DNA of 32,000 nt from Candidatus Atelocyanobacterium thalassa isolate ALOHA (GTDB lineage: Bacteria; Cyanobacteriota; Cyanobacteriia; Cyanobacteriales; Microcystaceae), in the NCBI RefSeq assembly GCF_000025125.1, contig NC_013771.1:1080001-1112000 (forward strand), given 5' to 3'. The position numbers were made by a program, and so were the translations under genes. Positions 27,494-32,000 of the stretch are shown here, in pieces (position 1 is the stretch's first letter; each line of letters starts with the position of its first letter). The notes under the pieces were generated by a model, which saw only the letters and a program-made list of their open reading frames with translations, searched no databases and was not told the origin of the DNA.

Positions 27494-29008
27494 CTATGAA
27501 AAGTAATCAATTAATTGGTTAGTTAAGCCTTCTAACGTGTATTCTTTTGCTTCAACATCAACTCTGCCAAATAAATCATTGCAGGTTTTTGAAGTTTGAG
27601 GTCCAATACATGCTAGATAAACATTATCTAATTTAGATAAGATCTTTTTTTCTTCTATACTATCAGGAAATATATTCTTGAATAAATGATAGAAATGTTT
27701 AACAATTTTAGAACTAGTAAAAGTAATTATATCTACTTGCTCATTTTTTAATATTTTCCATATTTCATTATCAATATTTTTAGGGCAAATTGATTGATAA
27801 GCAGGGACTTCAGTGATACTAGCCCCTTTTTTTATAAATTCTTTTAAAAGTATATCTCTTCCTCCTGTCTCTACCCTAGGAAATAAGATCTTTTTACCAT
27901 TGATATCTTCTGGAAAATTTTCAACTAATGAATCAGCAATAAAATCAGAAGGTATAAAATTAGGTTTTAAGTAAAATTTCTTTAAATAATCAGCTGTTTT
28001 TTTACCAACAACAGCAATTTTAATATTATTTAAAATACGAATATCTTTTCCTAAGTCATGTAATCTTTCCATAAAAAACTTCACCCCATTTGCAGAAGTC
28101 AAAACCAGCCAATCAAAAGATGAAATTTCTTGAATTGCTCCATCTAGTCTTTCCCAAGAAGAAGGTGGTAGTATTTCTAACAAAGGTAGTGTGATAACAT
28201 CTGCTCCAGCTTCTTGCAACTGAAATTTAAATTGACTAGAAGACTCATGAGAACGAGTTATTATTACTTTTTTACCTGCTAAGGGGAGATTAGAAGACGA
28301 TGGCATATTTCTTAATTTTACTACTTCTCCAATTATGATAATAGCTGGAGATAAATAATTAGCTGCAATCTTATCAACTATAGTTTTTAGTGTTCCTGTA
28401 ATTGTTATCTGATTGGAACTTCCGCAATTATGAACGATTGCAACCGATTCATTTGAAGACTTACCATTAATTATTAATTTATCAATAATTTTACTAAGAT
28501 TCTTTATTCCCATCAGAATTATTAGTGTATTACTTCTAGCTAATGTTTCCCAGTCTAATATGGTTAAGTCATGTCCCGTTAATATTGTGAAGCATTGACT
28601 TATTTTTTTATCAGTAATTGGAATTCCAGCTAATACAGGAGCTGCCAATGCTGAAGAAATACCAGGAATTATTTCGTACTTACAATTAGCTTGCGTTAAG
28701 GCATATACTTCTTCTGTAAGACGCCCGAATAAGGAAGGATCACCTCCTTTTAACCTTACTATTTTCTTCCCTAACAAACAATGATTTACTAATAAGTTAT
28801 TAATATATTTTTGATGAGTACTTAATTTACCTCGACGTTTTCCAACATAAATTTTGAGGCAATTAACTGGTACCAATTCTAATAAACTCGAATCAATTAA
28901 AGTGTCATATATTACTACTTCTGCATTAGATAGTAAATAATATCCCCTAAGAGTCAAATAAGATATATTAAATACTCCTGAACCTACAAAGAATATTTTG
29001 CCTGTCAT
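27494..29008 (-). CDS. bifunctional uroporphyrinogen-III C-methyltransferase / uroporphyrinogen-III synthase fusion
   Basis: The N-terminal half has tetrapyrrole methylase motifs (VRLKGGDPSLFGR, IPGISSA). The C-terminal roughly 250 aa are HemD-like. The N-terminal GxGxGD motif is degenerate (GSGVFN). Confidence 0.85.
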   Translation of the reverse strand: MTGKIFFVGSGVFNISYLTLRGYYLLSNAEVVIYDTLIDSSLLELVPVNCLKIYVGKRRGKLSTHQKYINNLLVNHCLLGKKIVRLKGGDPSLFGRLTEEVYALTQANCKYEIIPGISSALAAPVLAGIPITDKKISQCFTILTGHDLTILDWETLARSNTLIILMGIKNLSKIIDKLIINGKSSNESVAIVHNCGSSNQITITGTLKTIVDKIAANYLSPAIIIIGEVVKLRNMPSSSNLPLAGKKVIITRSHESSSQFKFQLQEAGADVITLPLLEILPPSSWERLDGAIQEISSFDWLVLTSANGVKFFMERLHDLGKDIRILNNIKIAVVGKKTADYLKKFYLKPNFIPSDFIADSLVENFPEDINGKKILFPRVETGGRDILLKEFIKKGASITEVPAYQSICPKNIDNEIWKILKNEQVDIITFTSSKIVKHFYHLFKNIFPDSIEEKKILSKLDNVYLACIGPQTSKTCNDLFGRVDVEAKEYTLEGLTNQLIDYFS

Positions 29009-29025
29009 ATTATTATATTAAGTTT

Positions 29026-29421
29026 TTACGAATTAGAACCCTTAACATAGCTAGCAGAAGATGTACAAGTTTCTTTTACTTCAACCATGGTTAATCCAGG
29101 AAGCTTTGCTTTTTCAAGTTGTTCGAAAATCCATTGCGCAACGGCCTCACTAGTTGGGCTTTCTAAGCCTGTAGTTTCGTTAAGATAGTAATGATCTAAA
29201 AAATTTTCTATAAGAGGATTTAAATAATTATTGATATCACCAAAATCCATAACCATACCTTTTTGTGATCCCTCATCGTGTAAATTGTTTTGTGTAATAT
29301 AAACTCTTCCTACCCAGCTATGTCCATGAAGACGAGAGCATTTCCCTTTATGATGAGGTAGCTTGTGTGCTGCTTCAAAACGAAATTCTTTATATATTGT
29401 CCAACTACTCTTTAGATTCAT
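29026..29421 (-). CDS. queD: 6-carboxy-5,6,7,8-tetrahydropterin synthase (QueD-type PTPS)
   Basis: FRFEAAHKLP...GKCSRLHGHSW and GMVMDFG motifs, in a 131-aa protein. Confidence 0.85.
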   Translation of the reverse strand: MNLKSSWTIYKEFRFEAAHKLPHHKGKCSRLHGHSWVGRVYITQNNLHDEGSQKGMVMDFGDINNYLNPLIENFLDHYYLNETTGLESPTSEAVAQWIFEQLEKAKLPGLTMVEVKETCTSSASYVKGSNS

Positions 29422-29510
29422 ACAAAAATCCTATAATAAAGTTCTCGAGATCATCTTACAAGATTAATATATAAATAGTTACAAATTTCATCAATAAATT
29501 TAAAAAAAGT

Positions 29511-29548
29511 AAAACAATAAAGACATATTACAGTGTCTTTATTGTTTT
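29511..29548 (-). terminator. Strong hairpin with a T-run on the minus strand
   Basis: aaaacaataaagaca / 8-nt loop / tgtctttattgtttt, a perfect 15-bp stem. On the minus strand actttttttaaattt follows. It would stop antisense read-through from the CorC gene across the tRNAs. Confidence 0.55.
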
Positions 29549-29551
29549 AAC

Positions 29552-29581
29552 TTGACAATATATACAGAAAATAGTTATATT
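29552..29581 (+). promoter_or_regulatory. Sigma-70-type promoter for the tRNA-Asp/tRNA-Ala unit
   Basis: TTGACA (29552-29557), an 18-nt spacer and TATATT (29576-29581). It sits about 19 nt upstream of the mature tRNA-Asp 5' end. Confidence 0.6.
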
Positions 29582-29599
29582 ACTTTAGCAACAGAAATT

Positions 29600-29673
29600 G
29601 GGACTGTAGTTCAACTGGTTAGAGCACCGCCCTGTCACGGCGGAAGTTGCGGGTTCGAATCCCGTCAGTCCCG
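29600..29673 (+). tRNA. tRNA-Asp (GTC)
   Basis: Manually folded cloverleaf: acceptor gggactg/cagtccc, anticodon loop ctGTCac, T arm gcggg-ttcgaat-cccgt, discriminator G. No encoded CCA. Confidence 0.92.
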
Positions 29674-29736
29674 CTAAGTATCCAGAATTTGTATATACCC
29701 ATACAACATAAACTTATTTCAATGCATTTTTTTATT

Positions 29737-29809
29737 GGGGAATTAGCTCAGTTGGTAGAGTGCTGCGATCGCACCGCAGAGGCCAGGAGTTCGAATCTCC
29801 TATTCTCCA
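29737..29809 (+). tRNA. tRNA-Ala (CGC)
   Basis: Cloverleaf with acceptor ggggaat/attctcc, including the G3:U70 alanine identity pair. Anticodon loop atCGCac, T arm aggag-ttcgaat-ctcct. No encoded CCA. Confidence 0.9.
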
Positions 29810-31212
29810 TCATAATTATTCTCCATGTTCATATCATCGCAATCTCCTGAACTATTGGCATTTTTCCCCAAAATATCGTAGTTGCTAGAAGGTTTTCTTT
29901 GAATATGAATTTGTCTTAAACGTGGGCCTTCAGACTTAACGATAGTAAATAATAAATTGTCATACTTTAATATTTCTCCCTGCATAGGTATCTTTTGCCA
30001 CTGATATGATAAAAAACCTCCCAATGTTTGATATTCATCTATCAAAGGTAAGTTTAAACCTAATACATTATTGAGCTCTTCTAAATTTAATTGAGCCTCT
30101 ATTAAAAAATTATTTTCATCAATTATTTTTAATATTTCCTTTTTTTCAGTTATATCTTCTGAATCATTACCTAGGATTTCTCCAATTACATCTTGTATTG
30201 TAATTAGCCCAGATGTTCCTCCAAATTCATCTACTATAATTACCATTTTTAGTTGTGATCTCTGCATTAAAGATAATAATTCATCAAGAGGCATTGATTC
30301 AGAGACAAACTTTACTGGTTTAACCCAAGCGCATAGAAAAGAGTTTGAACTCAACTCCCCCTGAGCTAAAGGTTCGGCAAGATCTTTGAAATCAATAATA
30401 CCTAGAATATCATCAAGAGAATCACCTTTAATTGGGTAGCGAGAATGTCCAGTTTTAGTTACTTCTTCCAATAATTCTTCAAAAGTAGTAGTTTCTGAAA
30501 CAGCAATTAATTGAGTACGAGGAACCATAACTTCCATTGTCGTAACTGTACCAAACTCAAATATATTTTTAAGCAGAGCTCTCTCTTGAGCTTCTAGACC
30601 TGTTGATTCTCCTTCTGTAGATATGATTAATTGTAATTCTTCAGGAGTAACCTGACTGTACCTTTCTTGCCCCGTATACTGAATTCCAATGCTGCGTAAT
30701 AAAAAACGTGTCGATTGATTTAAAATCCAAATAAAAGGATTAAATATCTGTGATATAACTCTAATTGAAGGTCCTAAGAATCTAGCTAGTTGTTCCGAGT
30801 ACAACAAGGATAATGATTTAGGGCATAATTCTCCTAAAACAATCTGTAAATACGCCAAAAACAGAAAAGCACAAGGTATAGCAATGCTATGAGATAGGCT
30901 TATACTAACAAATCTCGGCAATGGTGATTTTGTTAAGACTTCTATCACTAACTTGGCCATAACACTTTCTCCAACCCAGCCTAGGGCCAAACTGGATAGT
31001 GTTATGCCTAACTGTGTCGTTGAAAGCAAGCGATCAAGACTACGCTGCAAAGATTGAACTGTTTGAGCTTGAATATCTCCAGCCTTAACTAACTGACTAA
31101 TCCTTGATCTCCTAACCGAAACCATCGCAAATTCTGCAGTAACAAAAAATGCATTAATGGCTATAAGGAAAAAAACTGATAAAACCCGTATTAAAATATC
31201 TGAAGTTGACAT
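29800..31212 (-). CDS. CNNM/HlyC-CorC family transporter (DUF21 + CBS pair + CorC_HlyC domain)
   Basis: N-terminal 4-TM DUF21 region, tandem CBS region and a C-terminal CorC domain, followed by a roughly 35-aa unconserved tail. The stop codon lies inside the tRNA-Ala 3' end. Confidence 0.87.
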   Translation of the reverse strand: MSTSDILIRVLSVFFLIAINAFFVTAEFAMVSVRRSRISQLVKAGDIQAQTVQSLQRSLDRLLSTTQLGITLSSLALGWVGESVMAKLVIEVLTKSPLPRFVSISLSHSIAIPCAFLFLAYLQIVLGELCPKSLSLLYSEQLARFLGPSIRVISQIFNPFIWILNQSTRFLLRSIGIQYTGQERYSQVTPEELQLIISTEGESTGLEAQERALLKNIFEFGTVTTMEVMVPRTQLIAVSETTTFEELLEEVTKTGHSRYPIKGDSLDDILGIIDFKDLAEPLAQGELSSNSFLCAWVKPVKFVSESMPLDELLSLMQRSQLKMVIIVDEFGGTSGLITIQDVIGEILGNDSEDITEKKEILKIIDENNFLIEAQLNLEELNNVLGLNLPLIDEYQTLGGFLSYQWQKIPMQGEILKYDNLLFTIVKSEGPRLRQIHIQRKPSSNYDILGKNANSSGDCDDMNMENNYDGE

Positions 31213-31242
31213 ATATCAAATGTGATAACTTTTAAATAATTA

Positions 31243-31923
31243 TCAGATCACAGGAATATTATTTATATTGAGTTTAAGCTTTCTATCAGGATAATTAGTT
31301 AAACTTAGAGATAAAGTTCTACTTTTCTTAATAGAAAAATGAGGAATTCTTATCTCTCCCCTAAAAATATTACTCTTAGGTGGCAAGACTTCTGGAAGAC
31401 CTTTTATGGTTGCCCCAAGAGAATAATTCTTATCATCACGAATTTCTAAAGAACTATAAAGAAATTTAATTTTATCAGTCCCTTTATTTTGTAAATTAAT
31501 TTTCAAAAGCATTGCCTCACCTTCATTTAGGACCTCTTTTATTTCTAGTATTACTTCTCGATCCGTAACTTGCAAAGGTAAGCTTTTTGAAGTTTTATTA
31601 TGAATATTTTGAGTTTTGTCATCTTGAGATTCGTTTTTGTGGAAATTTACTAATTCTTTTTTTTGATTTGTATAATCATAAACCTTACTTAATACAGTTT
31701 TTTCGTCAATAGGCTTGAACTGAGTTGGTTGGGTGAATGTGTTGGAGTTATCCACCAATTTTTTACTAGGATTAGTATTTAATTGATTTACTCCTTTAAG
31801 GGCTTGAGAGCCTGCCTGATAAGCGAAATAAGCTCCCATGGTACCAGTACCTATAAGTACTGATAATAATACTGTAAGCCTTACCGTTGCATTTGTTTTC
31901 ATCTTGTTGATTGAATGATACAA
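31243..31923 (-). CDS. hypothetical membrane-anchored protein with a beta-rich C-terminal domain
   Basis: N-terminal TM/signal anchor (LTVLLSVLIGTGTMGAYFAY). The C-terminal part, with alternating beta pattern (LLKINLQNKGTDKIKF...LEIRDDKNYSL), is loosely DUF4352-like. Start may be TTG 31923 or ATG 31902. Confidence 0.4.
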   Translation of the reverse strand: MYHSINKMKTNATVRLTVLLSVLIGTGTMGAYFAYQAGSQALKGVNQLNTNPSKKLVDNSNTFTQPTQFKPIDEKTVLSKVYDYTNQKKELVNFHKNESQDDKTQNIHNKTSKSLPLQVTDREVILEIKEVLNEGEAMLLKINLQNKGTDKIKFLYSSLEIRDDKNYSLGATIKGLPEVLPPKSNIFRGEIRIPHFSIKKSRTLSLSLTNYPDRKLKLNINNIPVI

Positions 31924-32000
31924 AATTCTTCTTGATTATAATAATTTAGTTGAACAGTTACACAAATATTTTTATCTATTCACTATTGCGCTATAATATG

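Noticed and set aside
29764-29771. HIP1 octamer GCGATCGC (also at 4083-4090) as a possible repeat element
   Set aside because: There are only a couple of copies, and one is simply the anticodon arm of tRNA-Ala. They are useful as a cyanobacterial lineage hint but are not a feature.
29647-29850. 67-aa ORF spanning both tRNA genes
   Set aside because: The region folds into two canonical tRNAs, so the ORF is spurious.
1-32000. Scan for CRISPR arrays, rRNA genes, toxin-antitoxin pairs and defence islands
   Set aside because: I saw no regularly spaced direct repeats, no rRNA-like sequence, and no small two-gene modules apart from the recombinase/HTH pair.

Overview
Visibly AT-rich cyanobacterial chromosome segment. 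Lineage markers are petB-petD, chlP, a CAAD/CurT-type protein, a PetP-like protein, Ycf49-like membrane proteins and a few relic GCGATCGC (HIP1) octamers. The N/K/I-rich proteins and long AT-rich spacers fit a low-GC, possibly streamlined or symbiotic unicellular cyanobacterium, but that is inference only. Most of the window is housekeeping: trmB, an L,D-transpeptidase, a polysaccharide ABC exporter with an epimerase, a Get3/ArsA-like ATPase, prfC, chlP, obg, a 1982-aa TamB/TIC236-like protein, gshB-grx, two PTPS/QueD-fold genes, petBD, a cobA-hemD fusion, tRNA-Asp and tRNA-Ala, and a CNNM/CorC transporter. No rRNA, CRISPR array, transposase or phage structural genes were seen. The one accessory locus lies between prfC and chlP at 9448-12008. 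It holds an intact tyrosine recombinase and an XRE-HTH/double-zinc-ribbon gene, enclosed by 340-bp inverted-repeat arms. The inner 182 bp of the arms are identical; the outer 158 bp differ by 4 transitions. The left arm is split by a 402-bp insert that carries iterated TTAGACTRT motifs. The arms duplicate the 5' end and upstream leader (possibly the promoter) of the HTH gene. A perfect 17-6-17 palindrome sits directly upstream of the recombinase. I read this as a candidate self-symmetric invertible (flip-flop) cassette and rank it as the best candidate for an undescribed system here. Promoter calls in DNA this AT-rich are weak. Domain-family names are from memory of motifs, not from searches.
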